From: Nemertoderma westbladi
Taxonomy: Eukaryota; Animalia; Xenacoelomorpha
NCBI GenBank assembly: GCA_032718475.1
Contig: JAUCBJ010006915.1
Location: forward strand, 62,001 to 126,000
Direction of reading: 5' to 3'
Length of the DNA stretch: 64,000 bases
A model generated the notes under the pieces. The model was not told the origin of the DNA. It made no database searches and saw only the letters and a program-made list of their open reading frames with translations. Shown here in pieces: positions 27,518 to 39,364 of the stretch. The translations under genes and the position numbers were made by a program. Within the stretch, counting starts at the first letter, position 1, and every line of letters starts with the position of its first letter.

Positions 27518-28091
27518 TGTGAGCGGATTCAATTCCGCCTCACCAACCCCCATAAAGTTGGGAAGGGCGCCTTTAAGCTATATTGGGGAGTACGAGGTTG
27601 ATTGCCAATCAACCTCGTATCACCCCCAATAAACGGGGACGAAAAAACCCCAGAGGGCCTCACACAATGGGGGTCAGAGGTTAAGCCTCCGGGGAGAAGG
27701 AAAGTAACAGCAGCGGGGGGGGGGGGGAACACCCTTGCAGAGCTGAAGGCGAGAAGTAGGTTGTCGGCCAATGGGGGGACAGCAGGGCATCAGCTGAGTA
27801 ACACGGCCAAAGGTAGTGTAGTATATTACCGGTCGGTGTTATATCGTTCAGTAGTTTACTCAGTCACTCAGTCATGGCAGTACGGTGACATTTTAAGACC
27901 GTCACCGCCGTCACCAACTATATTATCACACATACCGGTAAACTGTGCTATCTGCTATTGTATCTACATTGTATACCATATCATATTTATATTATTAACA
28001 ACACTGGAACAACAGACTCTCTTTTTCCATCACACGGTGCGGCTGACGCGTACATAAACCAAACTGGTCGGGATCCTCCGATCCCGTCACA
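27518..28091 (+). repeat. Complete 3' LTR (574 bp) of the nested BEL element
   Basis: Follows the PPT, has TG...CA ends and is followed by the TSD. Confidence 0.9.
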
Positions 28092-28096
28092 TGTGA

Positions 28097-31000
28097 AATT
28101 TCAAATCGCGAAGCTCTTTTCCGAATCTGAAGACCTAGAAATTCTACCAATTCGCTATTGACCTTCTTAATCTTTCCTATTTTGAATATCGAATCCAACG
28201 TTTTTATAATCTTATTAACTATAGATGAATTTCCAGCTAATAAAACATCATCAACATGGAGTCCAATAACACCCACTACTTCATCATCACTACTTTTGAA
28301 TATAAATAATGCATTATCCATTTTAGACATTATACCACCAAGTTTCTCTATTTCTTCCTTAACCTTTCCATACCATTGTCTCGAAGTTAAACCGTAAACA
28401 TATTTTCGTAATTTCCATAAAGTTTTAACACCATACGTCAGTGGGACTTTTGGAGGGATTAAGTAAACATCTCAATGTATCTGATGACCCTGCAAAAAGG
28501 CTGTCTTAAAATCAATAACAACTGCCGACCAATCATCATCACTAGCAATTGACAACGCAATTCTCATTGAATACTTAGTAACAGTTGGGGCATAACCTAA
28601 CACATCATCCGTATCCTCAAATCCCCTTGCTACTAAACACGCCTTAGGGTACTTATCCTCCCCATCACCTTTGTATGTCAACACCCACCGTGTCAAAATC
28701 ACAGTAGAAGTAGATTGGATATCATCTCCATTTATTTCTTCAAAGGCATTATTGTCAACCCATGATTTATATTCCTTATATTTGACACTATCAAATTCTT
28801 TGAGTCCTTCTCTTCCTTTGCTTTAACAAACATTGATACAAATCTATCTGGTTCACTTCGCTGGCGTGTCGATCTTCTTAATGATTCCGAATTCCCAAGT
28901 TGAACAGTTGGTTTTCCTGCTGAACCATGTACAAGATCATCAGCATCATTACCACCAACATCTGGTAATTCGTCACTATTTTCGGATTCATCATCATCTG
29001 ACATGTCATTTTTGTTTTCTATCTGAATCATTTCAGTTTCAGGTTTTTCTTGTCCTATATTTCCTGGAATCGCAACATTAAAGTCATAAGTATCTTGGCT
29101 GTTATTCAGCCTCAATTCATCTCGATGACAGCGTAGATACCTACTACCATGTTTTACTAACACTTCAGTTCCATCTTGGCTAAAAACACGCGGTGGACCA
29201 CTCCACTGACGATTGTTACGATGTCGAAAATATACTGACTCACCTTCTATAAACCTAAATTCCGAATTGTTGTAGTTGCAGTTCTTGCAAAGCAAGCCAT
29301 GCGAAGAATCTAATCAATAGTTAAATCTTTCTCTTTCAAACTGACCTTATAATATATCTCCTTTATTGTACCATTGTGTCTTTCTACAACACCATTAGAA
29401 AATGGGCAATAAGGTACTGTTGACAGATGTTCAATGTTTAAATAATCACACATTTCTGTGAAAGAAGCCCAGCAAACTCTCCACCGTTATCAGTCAATAT
29501 GGCTCTTGAATTACCGAATAATGACATCCAGTTATCTAATATACAATGTTGTATTGTTGTGCTTTGCTTATCCTTTATTCTTAGAACCATACTGTAACGT
29601 GTATACATATCAATAATACGAATTACCCAAAAAGAACCACGCAGCTGGTCTTTAATTTGGGTTAAATCAATGGCGAGCATTTCATTAGATTCATTCGCCA
29701 TTATTGGTAGAGTATCTATCGGTTTTGGTTTCATTCGTTTGAAAATTTGACAACTTTCACAATTTTCAATAATTTCAACAATATGATTTTTATCAAATGC
29801 CTGACCACTGTTGGTTAGCAATGAACCCAATTATTCACATGTCGGATGTCCGAATTGGTTATGTAATTTTAGTATAGACTCCTTGTTCAAGTTAACAACT
29901 TGAGCTGATTCACACTCACTCACCTTAGAACTAAACAAATCAATAGTATAGTGTCCAGACTGAATTTCCTTTAGAGATAACAAGTCATTTCTTACAGTCA
30001 TTGTATGGTTCGTAAAGTCAATGATTGCATCTATCTTCTTCAATGATTCAACTGAAATCAGTAATGGTAGATCACCTGCAATAATCTCTACCTTTAAGGT
30101 ATGTTTTTACCCGCAATCCTAATGGGAATTATCGTACAGAGCATAGCCTTGCACTGCTCACCACCTCCAAATGTAAATCCTGCATTTCTATAAAAAATTT
30201 CGACCTCAGCATCACAATTCTTTCTGATCCAACAACTATACATGGAATACCACTTGTAACCTGCCACTGTTTTTGTACAAGCAGTGTCAATTATGCCTCT
30301 TGGCAAAAATTCATATTCCTTCTGATCCACATGCAGACACAACGAATGTGATGATATAACCATGAATGATGCTGATGGTTGTTCTCTACGTTGCTCCTTA
30401 TGTGGACAATCACGATACCAATGCATGGACGAATCGCATATAGTACATCGATATGCTGCTGATGGCCCTGGTCCTGACCTCCTATATTCATTGAAATTAT
30501 TTCCAATCTGACGACCTCGTCCACGCTGATAACCTCCACGAAACGATCTACCACAACTCCCCCCAATTTTGTCTTCTATTCCAAAAACAGCCTTGGTTGT
30601 TCCCATGATTATCCATGCCTAAGCTCTGCGTCTCAATTACCTCTTCCGTCTTAATTACTCGATCACATCCTGTAGCTGATGACATCCCTGAATAAGTTCG
30701 AAGTAACGTCGATTTTATATCATTGAACTTCACTGTCGATGATGCAAGTATCATTCGTCTTTCCCGCTCATCCACATTTGCATTGTATAACAACTCAGAA
30801 GCTAAGACTACATCACTGAGAGTCATACATATTGTCTCATTTCCGCATACAACTTTTCAAATTGCAGAACATAGTCTCTCATTGATGTATGTGACTCCCG
30901 CCTATTTCCTTTAAACTTCATGTATGCTGAATACGCCCTATCATCAGCTGGCGTTTGAAATGCTTCATCTAATAGTTGTAAAAAGGTTTCTAATCCACTA

Positions 31001-31180
31001 TCAATATTTAACTCATTCGCAGTTAGATTAAGAGCCCTTTCTTTAGCTCGCCCAACTAAATTGAGGACGACCATCCCGGCTCGCTTTGGAGATGGAATAT
31101 CCGTTACACTACCCCATATTGCCAGCTCTTTCTTCCAATATATGTAATCATCCAACTCAGGATCAATATCTCTATTGTGT
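28097..31180 (-). mobile_element. Copia retrotransposon (GalEa-like) gag-PR-IN-RT, degraded, 5' LTR missing
   Basis: Gag YWKKELAIW..VTDI; knuckle CTICDSSMHWYRDC; protease IIDTACTKTVAG; integrase LHNQFGH..CESC, AIDL and TDNGGEF; RT TRWVL..LVARGF, DFKTAFLQG and LHVDD. IN lies before RT, which is the Copia domain order. Confidence 0.92.
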
Positions 31181-31299
31181 ATCTATTCATAAATAAACAA
31201 AATGTTCCAGAACGTTGTGTAATTAATTATTAAATAGAGTAAATGGCCCCCTGTGGATTATAATTCTTGCATTCTTTAAACGCCTATATTAGTCAAGTA

Positions 31300-34070
31300 G
31301 ACAGTGGTGACCACCACCGTTAATTGGGTTTGACTGCAATTTGTTTTCCTGAAAGTGTTCACTTGTATAAGACATTTGAAATGATGTTAACACAGTCAGC
31401 ATTGAGCATTTTTTTAATAAGAATTATTAATTTTAATTAAGAATATTTAACTTAACTACAGAAGTTTTGCATAGCAACAAAGTTAAATTAACACGAAGAG
31501 CTATTTTTACCTATGGAGACACTGTGCAATATAAATAACGAAAAACTAAGCTTAAAAATATACAAATATAAGGAATAAGCATTATAATGGGTTACAAATT
31601 TTGTAATACATACATAGCGCGGAGTGCACATTTTTGGAGCACATCATTGAGGCTAATTAATGCACCGACATACCTCTCTGTCCTCAGTAATACCTGATGC
31701 CATATCAGCTCGCTAATACACTCTACATATGTATCCTCAATAAGCCACGGAAGTATGAGTTTGAATGTAAATTCGTAGCCAACATATTTGGATGTAATGG
31801 CGCTGCTGCTACTACTACTACAACTTTTTGGTCGAGCGTGCTAGAACATTATTGCGCTGCATGATGAGCTTCTGCACAAATGTCTCATTCCTGAAGTAGC
31901 AGTGTTCACCGAAACGGATTTTTGATGTTTATGTAGGGTGATGTTAAGTTTAATAACTGGACCGTTGATGCATATTTCCTGAATTCGGTGACATAACATG
32001 GCATGTACTGGAAGTAATTAGTTTATTTTTGAGATTTGATTTATTTTTGATAATATAATTATTAATTTACAAATTATAACACTCATTGTTCGCACAGTTT
32101 CCAATACAAATTACAAGGAACCTTTATAGCCTGGCAACTACATCTTGCAGTAGAACAAGGTCTTTGAGAATTGCATCTACAGGATGCTACTGTATTAGTA
32201 ATATAGGCTCTGGAGCCATTGCTGGTACACCTGGATCTGGTTTAAGTTTGTTATCGGCCGACAACATCCAACCAAAGTTTGTTGGTTCTAGTGGTGGCTG
32301 AATAATGTCCCCAGCAGCTCTCCAGAACAATAACTGCAATCTCGCTCTTCTTATATGCTGGACTGCTGAGACATCAGTTGGAGGTAAACTTCGTATCTGA
32401 AATAAATGAGAAATTATAATTTTATTTTGTGCATGATATTTTGCAAAACTAGGTTAGCTTGCTGGAATTAGATGTACAGTAGTGCGAGTATATGCAAAAT
32501 AAAAAGTCACAATACGAGTTCCTGTTCTAGTATTATATATACAGCGCTGGTTGTACACTAATATCGGTTGATCACCCATTAAATTCATAACATAATAATT
32601 ATCTTACCTTTGGGGATGTTTGGTTGTAGTAAACACTTTGTATCTTAGCTCATTCAATTATTTGGGCGCCCCTGCGCCTAAAGACCGATATAGGTTTAAG
32701 AGAAATACATTGCCAGCTTTTAACCAATCATATTCTTCTGCAAAGGGGTCAGTAAACGCGGTCAATGTGCTATTCATAGAAGGGAGCAACTTTAGAGCTG
32801 TCTTCTTTCCTTTACGGAAGGGAAATGAAACAGTATGACAGCCTATGACACTTATCCTTTAATGTTGCAGCTGTATATATGTATGTATGTCAATAACTTT
32901 TCCTGAGAAAGAGAAAGTTATTTTTGTAGCTGGTTTCATATTCCAATAAAAGAACAATAAAAGTAAAAATATATCTGTATCATCCGCAGTAATCTGGATA
33001 TGATTAAATTAATTAATAAACTTCAACATATAACTAATGATTATAACATATCCTTCCTCATGTTTGAATTCCGAGTTATTTTCACCCACTAAGCACAGAT
33101 TTGAATCCTTGTGGTCGTAGGCGTGGTTGCATAATATATCAATGAGTTGCTTTTTGCTGTTTTCACATTTCACGACTGAGTCTCTTGGTGGTAATGTTGT
33201 ATCTGGATTCAAATCGTATTGTTGTCCGCTTCCTTTTGTATTTTTCTGTCTCCGTTCTCTCTCATAAGATTTAGTACTGTTGTGACTGTAGTGATCAAAT
33301 ATAATAAGTGTTTTGTCGTAAGAGTTTGTGTGTATTTAGTGGTGAAGTTTTCACATAAACTTTTCACACTAGATCTACTTGGCCAGTGTATATGGTATAA
33401 TGAGGCATTCCCATCGACCAGTTCCAAGTCTACAGGTTCAAGAGTATCACAATAATGGGCAATGCAAAATAATGCCGATTTTTGGCCACTGCGCATGCAT
33501 CCATTTTCATTGAAAAGTGAGGGAGGAAATGGTGACAGCTCGAAATTGAATAATGTGGCAAACTCGATATGTTGTTGTTGTGCAATAACAAGAAGATGTC
33601 CGTACAGTTTCTCTGAATCGCAATAACTCATTGGTGCTATATCGCACTTGATATGTTTAGCCATTGTAACTACTTCTTGTTTAATGGGTGAGTAGAAGGA
33701 TTCTGGGAGGCCGGATATAAACCTATTTAACCACAGAATTGTCCACATTTACAGCAGGAGAAGCGACATGTCCATCAACAATATTAATCAATTTATTACT
33801 GTAACAGTTCAAGAAAGGATTGGCACTTTTTTCAGAGCAGTTGCTATACTCTTTCTATCCTTTGCGTCAAGTGCTCTCCGTTTCTCGGATTCTTCCCTAT
33901 GTTTACTATTACTTTGACCTGACTTAGGATCTTCATCTAACATCGTTTCTACAGCCATCGAGAACATGTTACTTATGTGGTGTGATAAGACCCAAATGTG
34001 TCTGTTCCTCTGAGAGAGTCTTTCCAACTAAGCCACCTTTGGATTTTCCATACCGAATATATGTTTGCTC
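31300..34070 (-). mobile_element. Academ-like (XPG-nuclease-containing) DNA transposon remnant, copy 1
   Basis: FELSPFPPSLF..G.MR, LVDGNA, HEEG(AD-like), ADDTDIF, GCHTVSFPFRKGK, LPPT..HIRRARLQ..W and a Cys-rich tail CRC..C..CSC..C. This matches the transposase + XPG + Cys8 layout described for Academ. Confidence 0.65.
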
Positions 34071-34199
34071 GCCAAATTGATCTTGGAAGACAGAATTCCA
34101 CACACCATTATGATGACGGCAGATTATTTATTATTACCGAATATATGTTTGCTCGCCAAATTAATCTTGGAAGACAGAATTCCACACACCATTATGATG

Positions 34200-36650
34200 A
34201 CATACCTCTCTGTCCTCAGTAATACCTGATGCCACGATAATACACTCAAGATTATGCATCCTCAAGACAAGAAGCCTCGGAATTGTGAGTTTGAATGTAA
34301 ATTCGTAGCCAACATATATGGATGTAATGGCGCTGCTACTACTACTACAACTTCTAGATAGAGCGAGCGCAGACATTATGACGCTGCATGATGAGCTTCT
34401 GCACAAATGTCTCATTCCTGAAGTGGCAGTGTTCACCGAAACTGATTTTTGATGTTTATGTAGGGTGATGTTAGGTTTAATAACTGGACCGTTGATGCAT
34501 GTTTACTGAATTCGGTGACATAACTTTGCATTTATTGTAAATAGTTTATTTATGATATTTGATTTATTTTTGATAATATATTAATTTACAAATTATGACA
34601 CTCATTGTTCGCACAGTTTCCAATACAAATTACAAGGAACCTTTATAGCCTGGCAACTACATCTTGCAGTAGAACAAGGTCTTTGAGAATTGCATCTACA
34701 GGATGCTACTGTATTAGTAATATAGGCTCTGGAGCCATTGCTGGTACACCTGGATCTGGTTTAAGTTTGTTATCGGCCGACAACATCCAACCAAAGTTTG
34801 TTGGTTCTAGTTTGATGTACAGTAGTGCGAGTATATGCAAAATAAAAATAGTCACAATACGAGTTCCTGTTCTACAGTAGTATTACAGTACACCATAACC
34901 CTTAATACAACAACCATTTTTAGGGGGTCGGAGCCCCCCCCCCCCCCCCCCCCCCCCCAAATGTTTTTTCAAATTTCAATAAAATGCTACAAAATTTGGT
35001 ATGATGATAGGTCGACACCTTTTCTTACTGCTGGCCTGGCCGGATTTTTTAATTTCTCAGTTATTTCCATACAACAAGCCATTAAAAAATGTATATTTAG
35101 CAATGTTTAACCACCTCCGTAGACTTTATTTTTCGTCTTTGAAATGAAATCTAGATATCATTAGAACCGCCTTCATCTGCAGATTCCGAATCTGAAACCC
35201 ATTGTAAATTTCACCTAGAACTTCCGGAGATATTATCAAAATACTAAGGTGTAAATTTTGTGATGTAAATCGCTATAATTCTAATGTTTTTTACTCAATT
35301 CTAGAATATTATTATGGGTAATGAAAAAACAAGATGGAGAGTTTTAAGCGCTCTGCTAAATAATAATTAATATTCTAGAATAAAGACAACAAAACATCAG
35401 AATTATAGCGATTTACGTCTCTAAATTTACACATTAGTATTTTGATAATATCTTTATCAATTTTTTGTTAAATTTAAAACGGTTTTCAGATTCGGAATCT
35501 ACAGACGAAGGCGCTTCGAATGATATCAGGACTTCATTACAAAGACGAAAAATAAAGTCTACGGAGGTGGTTAAACATTGCTAAATATAGATTTTTTAAG
35601 GACTTGTTGAATGGAAATATCTGAGAAATTGAAAAATCCGGCCAGGCCACCAGTAAGAAAAGGTTGTCGATCTATCATCATACCAAATGTGTTCATTTAC
35701 ATTACATTTCATTTGTAGCATTTATTGAAATTTGAAAAAAAAATTAGGGGGGGGGGCTCCGATCCCCTAAAAATGGTTGTTCTATTAAGGGTTATGGTGC
35801 ATATGTACAGCGCTGGTTGTACACTAATAACAGTTGATCACCCATTAAAGTCATAACATAATAATTGTCTTACCTTTGGAGGATGTTTGGTTGTAGTAAA
35901 CATTTTGTATCGTACCTCATTCAATGATTTGGGCGCCCCTTCGCCTACAGATCGATTTAGGTTTAAGATTGAATTGTTTAACCAAGCATCTTCATCGGCA
36001 AAAGGGTCAGTAAACGCGGTCAATGTGCTATTCATGGAAGGGAACAACTTTAGAGCTGTCTTCTTTCCTTTACGGAAGGGAAATGAAACCGTTATATGGT
36101 TTAGCACTCCCTTCACTTGATAGCTGTGTGAACTCTAAAGCTGTAGCGTTTCTCGATATCCATTTGGTGTATAATCACACACTATAATAATAATATCACA
36201 CACTAATTATAGTTGGACTATCATTGAATACATCTTTGAAACAGAAGTCACATTCACTGGAATACTTTGGGGCCGATTTGCGAAATCTTAACACTTCATC
36301 ATAACTAGCAATGTATCCACTCGAGTGTAAAATATCAATAAGTTCCCTGGATCCAAACTGGAAGTGTAGCTTTATAGCCAAACCAAGCGTGGTCTGATTA
36401 TACGATTTACTGACTTGTGATTGTATAGATTGAGCGAGACATATACTTTTCATGGACAATTCACCACCTGACACTAAGGTTGAAGCGAATTCCAATAATG
36501 TTGGGCTTGTGAATTGAAGAGCACTTTCCTTTGAGAAATTTCTCAACCTGTAAGAAGTTTTAGTGTCCATATATTTCCTTAAGTTTGTAACCTCAGTACA
36601 AATTTTGCGGCATATAATGGCGATGCCATTTCTCTCCCTCGTCATCACTG
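34200..36650 (-). mobile_element. Academ-like remnant, copy 2 (internally deleted)
   Basis: 34200-34885 and 35802-36090 duplicate 31667-32830 with deletions. 36196-36648 encodes LGLAIKLHFQFGSRELIDILHSSGYIASYDEVLRF. Confidence 0.65.
34891..35799. mobile_element. Foldback MITE, Tc1/mariner-type target (TA)
   Basis: CACCATAACCCTTAATA...TATTAAGGGTTATGGTG with arms of about 440 bp forming a near-palindrome. The empty TA-rich site is visible in the paralogous sequence at ~32530-32545. Confidence 0.9.
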
Positions 36651-37364
36651 GTCACCAGTTTTATAGCACAGGAATAATAATATTAGCGCAAATTAGAAAA
36701 AAATAAATTTAGAACACAATATTAGCTAATTTCTGAACATTTGCTACCGCTAATAAAAAATCAAGGTATATTTTTTAAATTAGCTATACGTTCTAGAACA
36801 TTATATCTGTATTTTATTTATGTTCTAGAACAGTATATATTGCTTTTCTATTGTTCTAGAACTCGTCAACGTTGCCATGGCAACAATGATATATGTTTTA
36901 AAAATGTACTACTATGTGGAAATATAGCCTACAAAAAGTAGAAAAACTAGCTTGTATAAAAAATAAAAATTGTGTTCTAGAACAAAAATATATTTTCAAA
37001 ATAGATGAAACGAATGCTTTATTATGATGATATTGTAATGTAATTATTGTAATGATATTATATTATGGTTTTGTTCAGAAATGTAAAAATTAAGGCCTAT
37101 CAGGCCTCATAAGTCGCACTAACCAGTTCAGCAGCCACTTTCCCCTGACATTCACTATCCCACCTAATCCACTTCTATTGAACAGGCAGTCTTAAGTTGC
37201 ACATACTTTCTCTAAAAGGTGACCTACTGGCCTCAAGTATGTTACTGTACATTGAAACAGGAGGGAAGTACAACTAAATAAATATTCAACTTTTATAAGA
37301 ATGGGTGAATTAACCATTAAACTTTTGATTAATTTATATAATTATGTAGGCCTAGTCTATATAT

Positions 37365-37650
37365 ATTTTTTATTTATTTGTATGGAATTAATTTCGCACT
37401 ATCAAATCGCCAGGGCGACATATTTTCCAACTTTACATCGCAGTGCAACATTATTTCCCAGCATGTCACTACGCAATACATTTTACTATGTATTTCCAGT
37501 ATCCAGTATGTCACCGCGTTATTGTTAGGTTGTTCTAGAAAGTTTAAGTGCATAACTCCCCCAACATAATTCCCCATAATTCCCCACAAATAAATAAAAT
37601 CAGATTCGCCATTGTTCATAATTAGCACTTTAAAGCTTTTGAAATTGACG
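37365..37650. repeat. Dispersed repeat family member
   Basis: Matches ~48440-48600 (aatcgccagggcgacatatttt) and ~49640-49740. Confidence 0.7.
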
Positions 37651-37769
37651 ACTTTGTTTATTACCCAACGGGTATAAAATGGTTGGAATTAAATATACAA
37701 ATGAAATATAAATACACCGTTTTTAAATGTATGTACAGTAAAATAAAATAAGTTTACCACTATATTTAA

Positions 37770-38860
37770 AAATAATTGTAAGTTAATATTTTAGACGGTT
37801 GTTTGCGATGGAATTCTTGATTGAAGGTGGAAAGCTAAAGCCAAGGCTGTGTTGTAAGCGGGGATTGCCGGGCAAAGAAGCGCATGGCAGGTATCCGTGG
37901 CAGCATCGCCACAGAGACTGCAAATGCACGAACTGTCTGGTCTCCAACACCGCTCGGTAGAACAGAGACGATGGTGGAAACCGTTTGAGATGTATTGCGC
38001 TGCAACTCGGCGACGCTGACCCGCTAGGTTGGCCAACGATATCGCAGCAGTTGAGGGGTGGTCCACGGCAGCCAATATTTTGGTCGTGGAAGCGTACTTG
38101 CTTACGCCACTCCAGAGCTTCCAGTAAAATCCTCGTACCTTTACAACGTGCTGTAATTGGAGGAGTTGTTCATTGGAGGAGTTTCCAAAAGTCGAGCAAC
38201 CGTATGTTGCCGCCGGCAGTATAACTAGTGACCATAGTTTGGTAGCTGTTGCCATGGAGACTATATTTAAATTAACCAGGGAAGCTATTCGCATGCAAGA
38301 AGCTATACCGCGGGATTGGAGGTGCAAGTAGTGATTACTTGGCGTATTAGTGGTGGATAGTACTACCCCAAGGTAGTTAAATTTATTCACAAATGGTAGC
38401 TGGTGTCCATTAAATGTTAATTTATCATCTCGCGATAAATGCCCCCCGTTTCGGAATTTGACCACCTTTGTTTTAGATAGATTTACTGTCAGGTCATTGG
38501 CCTTACAGTAGTCCGCTAGGTTGTTTAGTGCCGCTTGTACCGTGTCGATTGAAGTTCCGTATATTACAAGGTCGTCAGCATAGAGCAACACACGTATTCC
38601 TATTATTATGATAGTAAGAGCTGCCGGGAGGTCCGCAATGAAAAGACTGAATAGGAGTGGTGACAATTTGTCGCCCTGTACGACGCCGACCATCTGCACT
38701 ATTGGGTCTAGAATGTAAGTGCCGATACATATTCGTAATAAATTTGTGGCAATTAGTGCCCATATTGCTGTGATAAACATTCGGCTGACGCCAAGTTGAC
38801 CGAGTTTCTTGCAAAGTATTTCTCTGTTGACCGAGTCAAATGCCTTGGTATAGACCTTGG
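37770..38860 (-). mobile_element. 5'-truncated non-LTR retrotransposon (RT C-terminal half with Cys/His tail)
   Basis: KAFDSVNR (~38830-38850), GVVQGDKLSPLLFSLF, LLYADDL, FNYLGV and a C-terminal CSLC...HALLC. Clade uncertain (RTE-X or CR1 group). Confidence 0.88.
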
Positions 38861-39364
38861 AGCTTTTACGGCCCTCGTTCTATTATCGTTCACTCGTGCC
38901 GTAACGCTAATAAGTGCTATTTTATAAAAAATGACATATAAATGAAATATAAGCATATAGTTATTATTATTGATCAAGATATATATATCAGATATATATA
39001 TCTGAGATATATATTTAAGATATATAATATCGTTGGAAACTAATAAATTATTTAGAATTAAATTAGTTTTCTTAGATACGTTAGCTTTTAATTTGAAGGT
39101 ACAGTAGTGTAGAAATCTTATAAATAACACATTCAAACATAAGGAATACATTAATTAAAGAACTATGTTTCACTAAGTACTTACTGCTCGTAATTAGTCA
39201 GCTGGCTGGAATTGTGAAATTGACAAAAAACTTAAAAGATGCGCTGCTTGATTTCATGAAGCTGTCATAAGTCAGCCGTTCTACGCACAGTAGCTTAACA
39301 CAAGCTTTATGGAAACAGAATCACATTAACTCACCAGTGTGACGATCTACCAGACTTTGACATT

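Larger units (their letters stand above)
20523..28091 (+). mobile_element. BEL/Pao-type LTR element lacking RT/RH/IN, inserted into the Copia RT
   Basis: 5-bp TSD TGTGA (20518-22, 28092-96), TGTGA...TCACA termini and a G-rich PPT at 27508-27517. It has a coiled-coil gag, a DUF1759-like segment (LPPVEPFKFD..EEYLQFRRMY..LKYLQVYTGGPA) and a protease (VVPVKI..LVDSGAAFTLV). Confidence 0.9.

Noticed and set aside
27871-27875. Apparent end of the nested LTR element with a 4-bp TSD
   Set aside because: The true 3' LTR runs to 28091, where an exact 5-bp TSD and a restored Copia frame are found; the 5' LTR is simply deleted.
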